A stretch of DNA of 44,824 bases from Peptococcaceae bacterium (GTDB taxonomy: Bacteria; Bacillota; Peptococcia; DRI-13; UBA5745). The stretch spans positions 1-44,824 of the forward strand of contig JAISDE010000108.1 of the NCBI GenBank assembly GCA_031265035.1, in the 5' to 3' direction. The position numbers and the translations under genes were made by a program. Every line of letters begins with the position of its first letter. The stretch's first letter is position 1. Below, piece after piece: positions 26,790 to 34,290 of the stretch. Below the pieces are notes generated by a model. That model did no database searches. It was not told the DNA's origin and was given only the letters and a program-made list of their open reading frames with translations.

Positions 26790-27954
26790 CCAGCGTCAGG
26801 GTTGGGCGGGGACAGGCCAGGTTGAGGCGCTGAAAGCCGGCGCCGCCGGCGCCAAATTTGACGCCGGTATAAAGCCAAATATTACCCTTTTCGACAATCC
26901 GCTGATCCAGTTCCTCCTGGCTCAGGCCCAGCTCCCGGCAGTCCAGCCAGAGCATATAGGTGCCCTCCCGCCGGCCCGGCTTGATTCGCGGCAGGCGGCG
27001 GGCCAAAAATTCCCCCACATAGTCGGTGTTGCCGGCGAGATAATCCAATAAAGCCTCCAGCCAGGGGCGGCCTTGCTCATAAGCGGCCCGGCAGGCCACC
27101 ATGCCCATGACATTGGCCTCGTCATAACCGGTGGCGGCGACCTGCGCCTGAAAGGCCGCCCGCATCCCCGCCTCGGCGATAAACGCCTGGGAGCATTGCA
27201 GGCCGGCCAGATTGAAGGTTTTGCTGGGTGAGACGCAGGTGACGGTGATCCGCTCCAATTCCGGCGCCAGGCCGGCAAAGACAAAATGGGGATGGCCCGG
27301 CGTGGTGAAATCCCCGTGGATCTCGTCGGCCAGCACAGTGACGCCGTATTTCAGGCAAATCTCCCCCAGGCGCAGCAGTTCCGGCTTGGTCCAGACCCGG
27401 CCGCCGGGATTGTGGGGGCTGCAAAGGACGAGCATCTTGACCCGGTGTTTTTTGATTTTGGCCTCAACGTCGTCAAAGTCAATCCGGTAATTGCCTTGCT
27501 CATAAATCAGCTCGCTGGCGATTTGCCGCCGCTGGTTGTTGCTGATGAGGCTGAAAAACGGGTAATATACCGGGGTTTGGAGCATTACGGCGTCGCCGGG
27601 CCGGCTGAAAGCCCGGAGGGCGGCGTTGAGGGAAAAAACGACGCCCGGGGTGGTGACAATCCAATCCGCGGCCACCGAATAGTTGAAGTAGTCTCGCCAC
27701 CAGTTTTGGATCGCCTGATAATAGGAGGCGCCCAAATCCACATAGCCGAAAATGCCGTGCTCCACCCTGGCCCGCAAAGCCTCCAGCACAGGCGGCGGCG
27801 CGGGGAAGTCCATATCCGCCACCCAAAAAGGCCGGACATCCGCCGGCATCCCCCTTTTGACGGCGGCGTCGTATTTAAGGGAGTCGGTATGACGGCGGTC
27901 AATCACCTGATCAAAGTTGAAGGGCGACGGGTTGGGCGGCTGTGTATGGGGCAT
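26761..27954 (-). CDS. MalY/PatB-family PLP-dependent C-S lyase (cystathionine beta-lyase-like aminotransferase class I/II)
   Basis: 397 aa. Motifs FWVADMDFPAPPPV, LCSPHNPGGRVW, and SPSKTFNLAGL (PLP lysine). Its 3' end overlaps the convergent ABC gene by 29 nt. Confidence 0.85.
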   Translation of the reverse strand: MPHTQPPNPSPFNFDQVIDRRHTDSLKYDAAVKRGMPADVRPFWVADMDFPAPPPVLEALRARVEHGIFGYVDLGASYYQAIQNWWRDYFNYSVAADWIVTTPGVVFSLNAALRAFSRPGDAVMLQTPVYYPFFSLISNNQRRQIASELIYEQGNYRIDFDDVEAKIKKHRVKMLVLCSPHNPGGRVWTKPELLRLGEICLKYGVTVLADEIHGDFTTPGHPHFVFAGLAPELERITVTCVSPSKTFNLAGLQCSQAFIAEAGMRAAFQAQVAATGYDEANVMGMVACRAAYEQGRPWLEALLDYLAGNTDYVGEFLARRLPRIKPGRREGTYMLWLDCRELGLSQEELDQRIVEKGNIWLYTGVKFGAGGAGFQRLNLACPRPTLTLAMEGLARAL

Positions 27955-28000
27955 CAGTATCTCATCCTTTCTCCTTAGGACTCGTCAAACAATAAGCGGC

Positions 28001-29104
28001 TCAGCCTCGCCGCAGGTTTTGCCAGGCCGGCAGGCCGCCGGCGGGGGCCGCCGCTTTGATAGCCTTGATGATCGCGCGTTCTACGGTGATCGCCGCCATT
28101 TCGCCGGCGGCGTCCACGGAGGCCGGCATAGCGCCGGTGGCCAAGGCAAAAAGCATATCGCCGTCAGCGGTGGTATGCACAGGGCGGATGGCCCTGGCCA
28201 TGCCGTTGTGGCCCATGGCGGCAATTTTGCCGCATTGGGCCTTGCTGAATTTGCCGTTGCAGGCGATAATGCCGATGGTGGTATTTTGCCCGACGAAAGC
28301 GCCATCGCCGGCGACCGCGCCGGCATTGCTGTCGGAGCCGTTGCCTGCTCCATCGGCGCCAGAGCCGTCGCCACCGCCGTCGGCTCCGCTACCGTCGGCT
28401 GGGCCGCTGAAGCCTACACTGCCGCCGCCGCCGGCCAGCTCCAGCAGACAGCGGACACTGTCCGCGAAGCCGCCGCTGTCCGGTTCCAGCAGGCCGGCGA
28501 TAATCCGCCCGTCCTCGTAAATATCGCCCAGGGCGTTGACCGCCACCAGCGCGCCCACGGTAAACCCGTTGGCCAGCCGCAATGAGGCCGAGCCGATGCC
28601 GCTTTTCATGGCGCCCCGGCCGCCTCGTAGCTTGCCGACGGTGGCCCCGCAGCCGGCGCCAAAATTGCCCTGCGCCAGATCCTCGCCCCGGGCCGAGGCC
28701 CGCCGGCACGCCTCCCTGGCCATAGCCGCGTCCGGCCTGATCCGGCTGCTGCCTACAGCCAAATCAAACAGCACCGCCTGGGGTACCAGCGGCACCTTGG
28801 TAACGCCCACATCAAAGCCGATGCCTTGTTCCTCCAGCCAGGCCATGACCCCGCCGGCGGCGTCCAGCCCGAAAGCGGAGCCGCCGGAAAGGGTGACGGC
28901 GTGTACCTGCTCAGTCGTAGTACGGGGATCCAACAAATTAAGCTCCCTGATACCGCTGCCGCCGCCCCGCAGATCGCCGCCGGCCACCGCGCCGGCCGGC
29001 GCCAAAAGTACGGTGATGCCGGTAAGGGCCTCGCTGTCTTCCGCCTGCCCTACCAGCAACCCGCCCACATCCAGGATCGTATCTGTCTCACCGGCGCTGT
29101 ACAT
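28001..29104 (-). CDS. P1 (S58, DmpA/BapA-type) self-processing aminopeptidase family protein
   Basis: ATG 29104 lies 8 nt after GGAGG (the track starts at 29119). Motifs GITVLLAP, SGGSAFGLDAA, and GQNTTIGIIA (nucleophile region), preceded by a G/D/S/A-rich insert. Confidence 0.8.
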   Translation of the reverse strand: MYSAGETDTILDVGGLLVGQAEDSEALTGITVLLAPAGAVAGGDLRGGGSGIRELNLLDPRTTTEQVHAVTLSGGSAFGLDAAGGVMAWLEEQGIGFDVGVTKVPLVPQAVLFDLAVGSSRIRPDAAMAREACRRASARGEDLAQGNFGAGCGATVGKLRGGRGAMKSGIGSASLRLANGFTVGALVAVNALGDIYEDGRIIAGLLEPDSGGFADSVRCLLELAGGGGSVGFSGPADGSGADGGGDGSGADGAGNGSDSNAGAVAGDGAFVGQNTTIGIIACNGKFSKAQCGKIAAMGHNGMARAIRPVHTTADGDMLFALATGAMPASVDAAGEMAAITVERAIIKAIKAAAPAGGLPAWQNLRRG

Positions 29105-29244
29105 TCGCCCCGCCTCCATTCCCCAAGAGCATCGCTTTGTCTAGAACTAGTCCTTAGTATAGCAGACCGTAGCTGTCGGGGCAACTTTTTCGCAACGTTT
29201 GAGGGTTATTTTGGTAAAAAATGAAAAAAATTGAAAAATAGGGC

Positions 29245-29273
29245 TTGATATGACGGAAGCGTCATGCTATCTT
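29245..29273 (+). promoter_or_regulatory. candidate promoter ahead of the fold-back element
   Basis: TTGATA (29245-29250), 17-nt spacer containing the palindrome TGACGgaagCGTCA, then TATCTT (29268-29273). Confidence 0.35.
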
Positions 29274-29280
29274 ATATGTG

Positions 29281-29506
29281 GGTCAGGTGGATCCCGCCGG
29301 GCGGCTGCCCGGGAAGGACGGGATGCCATGAAGGAAGTGGTCCTGGTGGTAATCGCTATGGTGGATTTCGCTTTTAGGCTGTATGACCGCTGGAGGCAGC
29401 GGAAAAAGGCCAAAAAAGAGGACAAACCGCCGTAGCTGGCGGTAAGTCCTCGAAGCCAATAAGCTGACAGGGCGGCCGCCACGCATAGGCGGGATCCCAT
29501 CTGACC
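29281..29506 (+). repeat. about 226-nt element closed by a 29-bp long-range inverted repeat (structured RNA / type I toxin-like mRNA, or a MITE)
   Basis: The 5' arm GGTCAGGTGGATCCCGCC (29281-29298) pairs with GGCGGGATCCCATCTGACC (29488-29506): 18 bp with one bulged C. GGCGGCTGCCC (29300-29310) pairs with GGGCGGCCGCC (29470-29480): 11 bp with one G-U. Confidence 0.6.
29328..29435 (+). CDS. 35-codon ORF inside the fold-back: MKEVVLVVIAMVDFAFRLYDRWRQRKKAKKEDKPP
   Basis: ATG 29328 follows a GGAAGGA RBS-like sequence. Hydrophobic N-half and strongly basic C-half. Translation is unproven. Confidence 0.3.
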   Translation: MKEVVLVVIAMVDFAFRLYDRWRQRKKAKKEDKPP

Positions 29507-29553
29507 GTATCTTACTACAGCAAAGGCGGTGATGTCAATAGGGGGTAAGTAAG

Positions 29554-29994
29554 TTACAGCAGCAGCCAATCAATCCCGATATAGCGGGCGGTCAATTTGG
29601 TCGCCAACTCGCCCGACAGCATATAGGCATTTGAGCCGGTGATATAAATATCCAGGTTCTTTTTAAGAAAAAGGCTTGAGACCGCTTTCTCGTAATCCCG
29701 GCAGTTTTGGATCTCGTCGATGAAAACATAGATCCATTCGCTTGTGACAATACGGGCCTTCACATATTCGTGCAGCTTCCTGTAATCCAGAAGCTCGGAA
29801 AAGTCCTCATCATCTAAATTGACAAAGATTATTTGCTCGTCGCTTACGCCAGCGTCTTTTAGCCGTTTGATATATAATTCAAGGAGCGTGGATTTGCCGC
29901 AGCGGCGAACGCCTGTGACAACCTTGATCATTTCTTCCTCGCGCCACATATCTAATTGATCTAAATAGGCGGCGCGCTCAATAAGCTCGCTCAT
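29554..29994 (-). pseudogene. truncated AAA ATPase (AAA_14/DUF4143 family), N-terminal third only
   Basis: 146 aa with VVTGVRRCGKSTLL (Walker A) and YVFIDEIQ (Walker B). It ends just after GELATKLTARY, where full-length family members continue for about 250 more aa. There is no room for the remainder downstream. Confidence 0.65.
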
Positions 29995-30073
29995 TTCCCG
30001 TCACTCCTTTCCAGTACTCTGTAACACCCATCAATCCGCTACTGCCCTTCATCACAATAAATACCCGCAAAAA

Positions 30074-30109
30074 ACGCAAGTATTTTTCGAAATGAGAAAA
30101 TACTCGCGT
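30074..30109 (-). terminator. bidirectional intrinsic terminator downstream of the lipoprotein gene
   Basis: 13-bp stem ACGCAAGTATTTT / AAAATACTCGCGT (one mismatch), 10-nt loop, with an A-run on the left and a T-run on the right. Confidence 0.65.
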
Positions 30110-30111
30110 TT

Positions 30112-30197
30112 TTATTGTTTTTATTCTTTTAGGTTCCTTATTCTTTTGTTTCCCTTATTGTTTTTATTCTCTTATGTTCCCTTATTCTCCGGCTTCT
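30112..30197. repeat. 2 x about 43-nt T-rich tandem duplication between the lipoprotein stop and its terminator
   Basis: TTATTGTTTTTATTCTTTTAGGTTCC... (30112) and TTATTGTTTTTATTCTCTTATGTTCC... (30155); 24 of the first 26 nt are identical. Confidence 0.8.
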
Positions 30198-30211
30198 CGA
30201 ATCTCCGTCAT

Positions 30212-31261
30212 TTAGAAGGTTGGGTACCAGGCGTCGGCGGCGTCGCCGGTCTTGAGGGCGTCGATGATATATTGCAGCGGCTCGGGATCGCCGTCGTCAT
30301 AGGCGGGAACCGTGCCAAAGGGATCGTCGGCGCTCTTCATGGAAATCTCGTTGGCGGCGAAGCCGTCCGCGTTGAGGGTAAACAGGTCGATCTCGGGAAT
30401 GGTCAGAGTCGCGCCGTCCGTGAACACAAGATGCACCTCATAATACTCCGCCACCGGGCGAACGAAGAAGCTGAACACGTACTCCCCGCCTTTGCCGGTC
30501 AGCCAGGGCCTCGCTACTGGGACAAGCGCGCCGTCCTCGTCAAATACCTTGACATGGTCGATCATGTTGTTGTACTTGCTGTAATCGGCGCCTTCCTCAT
30601 AGAGGTAGAACTCGTCGATGTCCTTGCCGGTCTTGTTCTTGATTTCCAGGCCCAGCACCGCGTAATCGCCATAGAAATTGTCGGTGGTTCTGCCCGCCGC
30701 GACGATAGCGTCGACGTCGGCGATCTCCCCGTCGTCGTCCATTGGCTCATGCTCCCAGGTGGCCGGATCCACACCGTCTTTCATCGAGAACTTGTCATGG
30801 TTGATGATGGTCAGATCCGGCAAGGTCGCGCTGGTGCCGTCCTCCCACTCGACGAAAAGATCAAGGGTTGTGTCAGTCGGGCGGACAAGGTAGGTCAGGA
30901 TCATGGACGCTTCTTTGTCGTCGTCCGCGTCCGGCCACACCGGCGGGCAAATGCTGTTGCCTTTGTCCGCCGCGCCGCTCTCATAGAGATATAGCCCGGT
31001 AATGGTCACGCCCGTCTTGTTCTTGAATTGAACCGCGTAGGGCGCGTAGGTGACTTCCTTGGCGGCTGGCTCGGCCGGGGCCGCCGGCTCGGCCGGGGCC
31101 GGATCCGCTGGGGTTACGCTGGTCGCCGGCGTGCCCGACGACGCCGGCGGCGCCGCCGGCTGAGTGCTCGCGCCATTGTTGGCCGCCGCGGCCTGCCCGC
31201 CGCAACCGGCTAGGGATAAGAGTAATAGTGACACCAACAGGATGGCAAGATGCTTTTTCAT
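30212..31261 (-). CDS. lipoprotein of unknown function with two internally repeated domains
   Basis: AGAAGGAGG RBS. Signal/lipobox MKKHLAILLVSLLLLSLAGC. Ala/Pro linker. Two similar modules (VQFKNKTGVTITGLYLYESGA... and LEIKNKTGKDIDEFYLYEEGA...). Confidence 0.7.
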   Translation of the reverse strand: MKKHLAILLVSLLLLSLAGCGGQAAAANNGASTQPAAPPASSGTPATSVTPADPAPAEPAAPAEPAAKEVTYAPYAVQFKNKTGVTITGLYLYESGAADKGNSICPPVWPDADDDKEASMILTYLVRPTDTTLDLFVEWEDGTSATLPDLTIINHDKFSMKDGVDPATWEHEPMDDDGEIADVDAIVAAGRTTDNFYGDYAVLGLEIKNKTGKDIDEFYLYEEGADYSKYNNMIDHVKVFDEDGALVPVARPWLTGKGGEYVFSFFVRPVAEYYEVHLVFTDGATLTIPEIDLFTLNADGFAANEISMKSADDPFGTVPAYDDGDPEPLQYIIDALKTGDAADAWYPTF

Positions 31262-31339
31262 AAAAATCCTCCTTCTGTTTGTTGATTTACACAGCCCTCG
31301 GCGCCAGCCTTCCTGGCGGGAAGGGCAGGGTAACGAAAT

Positions 31340-32281
31340 TTACGGGCTGATTATCGTCCCGTCCTCCTTGACGACAAACCGCGCGGCGTCCCGGGTCGCG
31401 GCGGGGTAAGACGGAAGCTCCTTATTCTCGGTGCAGAGGATATTGGGTACGTGGCGCTGTAAAAGCGCCATGACATCCTCGCAGGGACGGTCTTTCTTTT
31501 GCGTAGGGTTGTTCTGGCAGGAAATTACGGCGAAAGAGGGCCGCAGGGATTGGATCAGTTTCTCGGTCATGGACTTGCTGTCGCCGTGATGCGGCACCTT
31601 CAGAATGTCGCAGGGGAGAAACTCCAAATTTTCCAGACAACTCGCGTAAGCGTCGCCGGTGAGCAGGACGCTTCTGCCGGCGTACTCCGCCCGAATAATT
31701 AAGCTGGAACAGTTCCGCTCCTTGGATACCCGAAACATCTCGTCTTCCGGCGGCGTCTCGCCCAGGTAGAGCGATTGAAACACAGACCTTTGCCGTTCGA
31801 TCAGATCCGGATCGGGCAGGAGAAACCTAAGTCGCAAGTCGCCGAGTTCCAAGCTCCCACCCTTTTGTATCTCCTGGCATATGACGCCCAGATCATCGGC
31901 GAAGTCAACCGTGTCGCGCCATAAATTAAGCACATCACACATGCCGACGACGGTTTTGACCTCTCGCCTGGGGAGGTGAATCCAGCGGGAATTTTTCGGG
32001 GGCAGGCGGAGCGCGACTAGCCGCGCGACGGGAATATTGCGCAGCACGGCCAGCGCGCCGCCGATATGGTCGAGGTGTAAGTGAGTCAGAACCAGGAGAT
32101 CAATTCTCGTCACCCCCTCATCCATGAGGTAGGTGATACAAGACCGTTTCTCGGATCCCTCGGCAAACTCCACATAGGGCCGGCCGCAATCCACCAGCAC
32201 CGTATAGGTGTCGTCATTTTCCCCGCGACGGAGCAGGATAGCGTCCCCGTCGCCCACATTGATAAAATCAACTTTTAACAT
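31340..32281 (-). CDS. MBL-fold metallo-hydrolase (ComEC C-terminal-domain-like)
   Basis: The track ORF extends to 32533 by read-through into the upstream gene; ATG 32281 gives MLKVDFINVGDGDAILL. Motifs THLHLDHIGG, LLTGDA, VPHHGD. Confidence 0.8.
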   Translation of the reverse strand: MLKVDFINVGDGDAILLRRGENDDTYTVLVDCGRPYVEFAEGSEKRSCITYLMDEGVTRIDLLVLTHLHLDHIGGALAVLRNIPVARLVALRLPPKNSRWIHLPRREVKTVVGMCDVLNLWRDTVDFADDLGVICQEIQKGGSLELGDLRLRFLLPDPDLIERQRSVFQSLYLGETPPEDEMFRVSKERNCSSLIIRAEYAGRSVLLTGDAYASCLENLEFLPCDILKVPHHGDSKSMTEKLIQSLRPSFAVISCQNNPTQKKDRPCEDVMALLQRHVPNILCTENKELPSYPAATRDAARFVVKEDGTIISP

Positions 32282-32793
32282 ACTTTGTCCGCCTGCCGTT
32301 TCTGTGGGATTTGCCCGGGCCGCCAACGTATATACATGAGCCAGCTGAACCCGGCGCCGGAGATCAGACCCGTCGGGACCAACAACAGGAAAATATACAG
32401 CGCTGCGTCTCTGGATCCCCTCTCCGTCAGGGCCAGCAGGGTAATGACCGCGGCAAGGGCAAAAACCGTCAGCCAAGCGTAAACCCGGAGCGGATAGGTC
32501 TTGTCCTTGAATACGAGGCAGAGACCGCAACACAGGACACTGCCCGCGAGACCGGGTACCATCGCCTCAAAAAGGTTGCGCAGGGCGGGGGAAAAGGCGG
32601 CCAGCGCCTGCTCCAGGGGATCGATCAAAAACCAATAGCAGAGGCCGTATACCAGCATAAACACTATGCTCAGGCAAAACGAGTAAAGCAGCTTCGCGCT
32701 TTTTGGGCGGCCTTCCGGTGTCAGAAACACGCTGGCCCAAAAACGATCCAACTTTTTACGCCATTCTGTCGGTGGCCGAGGGGCAGCGGGCAT
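32275..32793 (-). CDS. hypothetical 4-TM membrane protein
   Basis: 172 aa with four hydrophobic segments. Its stop overlaps the MBL gene start (ATGTTAA). I recognise no family. Confidence 0.55.
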   Translation of the reverse strand: MPAAPRPPTEWRKKLDRFWASVFLTPEGRPKSAKLLYSFCLSIVFMLVYGLCYWFLIDPLEQALAAFSPALRNLFEAMVPGLAGSVLCCGLCLVFKDKTYPLRVYAWLTVFALAAVITLLALTERGSRDAALYIFLLLVPTGLISGAGFSWLMYIRWRPGQIPQKRQADKVC

Positions 32794-32888
32794 ACAGACT
32801 TTCCTTTCCGCTTAGGCTTCTGTGGACTAATTTGGCTGGCTGATAAATCTCGGATGCCGCGAAGCGTCGGTACCCCGCGTCGGCGCGA

Positions 32889-34211
32889 TTAGGGGGTAAG
32901 GCTGCGCCAGTAGAGCCAGTAAGCCTTGACATTGGGATAGTAGCTGTAAATCTCCTCAAAGTCGGGGCTTTTCAGATTCACTTCTTCTATGGTATAAGGG
33001 GCTTTGTCAAAAACCACGTCGTCCCGGGAAGACCAGTAGGTACCCCGGCTGTTGAGCGGGTCCAAAGCGCCGTTTTTCCCGTCGTCGCCGCCCAGGCTGT
33101 AGAGGATAAAGAAACGGGAGCCGGCGGGGTTGTCGCTGCCTTTTACGACATAGAGATAGTCGCAGCCCATAAACGCCGTGTAAGGCTGCAAGCCGGTTAC
33201 CCAGTCGATCTTGGCGCCGCTGTTGATATTGTCCCTTTTGCCGGCGGAGCAAAGGCCCAGGGTGGGTCCCGACAGGGACTGGTCAACGGCCAGCACCACC
33301 TGGTCGCCGTCGTCCAACTCCGTCATTTTCATCTGAGTGAAGCGCCAGAACAGCTCCACGCCGCCGTTGTTCTCGGGGAATTCCATGACGCCGGGGGAGT
33401 TTTGCAAGTGCTTCATGTAAGTGAACTCCAGAGGCTGGCCGAATTGGGACTCGTATTGCTGAGTCATAAGGTCGCCGTCCGCGATCAGCTGCCCCCACAA
33501 GGCGGCATAGGAGGCGGAGGTGATGTCCTTGGTAAAGATCGTCCAAAACTGCGTGTCGTTGCCGGCGGCGTCCTTATAGGTGCCTGTGCTGGCGTTATAG
33601 CCTTCCACGATGTCCCACCAGCTGGTCAGGGGGCAACCGTCGGGATACGTCTCGGTATTGTAATACCAGGGGCTGAAGGAGGCGTAGGCGGGCATGCCGT
33701 ATTTCAGCAGGAGGGGGTCAACCTGCGCGGCGACGCTGGTCGGCTGATAGATTTCCAGATAATCGTAGCCGACCAGCTCATAGAAGACCTCGCCGCTGTT
33801 GTCCTTGACCTGGAGAATATCGGCGTTAATGTTGCCGGACTCGCTCTCCATAGTGATACGGTCGGCCACATTGTTGGTGTCGCACTCCACATAGACGAAT
33901 TTACCTTTCAGATCGGGGTAAGCTCTCTCGATGTTTTTGACGGCCGTGTAAGCGTTGGTGGTAGTTGAGTAGATGGTCACCGTGCCTGGTTCCTCCAGGG
34001 CCAACTGATACAGTTCCTCCAAGGTAAGATTGACATAATCGGGACCCGCTGGGGTGGCGTCGCCTCCTGGCGCTGGGGTGGGCGTGTCGTCGCCGGCTGC
34101 CAGGGCGGAACCCGCGCCTTGGGAGGCGGCGTTGCCGCAGCCAGGGATCAGGATCAACGAGACGGACAGCAAAAGCACAATCAAACAAGCGGTAAATTTC
34201 CTGGTAGTCAT
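32889..34211 (-). CDS. ABC transporter substrate-binding lipoprotein (family-1 extracellular solute-binding, Fe3+/polyamine/thiamine-like class)
   Basis: The track ORF extends to 34349; ATG 34211 follows GGAAGGAG and gives MTTRKFTACLIVLLLSVSLILIPGC (lipobox). Confidence 0.8.
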   Translation of the reverse strand: MTTRKFTACLIVLLLSVSLILIPGCGNAASQGAGSALAAGDDTPTPAPGGDATPAGPDYVNLTLEELYQLALEEPGTVTIYSTTTNAYTAVKNIERAYPDLKGKFVYVECDTNNVADRITMESESGNINADILQVKDNSGEVFYELVGYDYLEIYQPTSVAAQVDPLLLKYGMPAYASFSPWYYNTETYPDGCPLTSWWDIVEGYNASTGTYKDAAGNDTQFWTIFTKDITSASYAALWGQLIADGDLMTQQYESQFGQPLEFTYMKHLQNSPGVMEFPENNGGVELFWRFTQMKMTELDDGDQVVLAVDQSLSGPTLGLCSAGKRDNINSGAKIDWVTGLQPYTAFMGCDYLYVVKGSDNPAGSRFFILYSLGGDDGKNGALDPLNSRGTYWSSRDDVVFDKAPYTIEEVNLKSPDFEEIYSYYPNVKAYWLYWRSLTP

Positions 34212-34290
34212 GAACACATTCTCCTTCCTCTGAATAGCTTTTTGGTCGAGTCGGACTTCGCGATAGACAGGGTTAGGTGTGCTGGCATAC

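Noticed and set aside
29191-29203. Third LacI operator (CGCAACGTTTGAG) upstream of the DmpA-type peptidase gene.
   Set aside because: It matches only one half-site plus the central CG of the 14-mer and has no associated promoter geometry. It is likely a chance match.
29281-29506. SRP (4.5S/scRNA) or 6S RNA as the identity of the fold-back element.
   Set aside because: The conserved SRP helix-8 sequence (GUCAGGUCCGGAAGGAAGCAGC-like) is not present; only loose GGAAGGA resemblance exists. I cannot support a 6S-type central bubble by eye.
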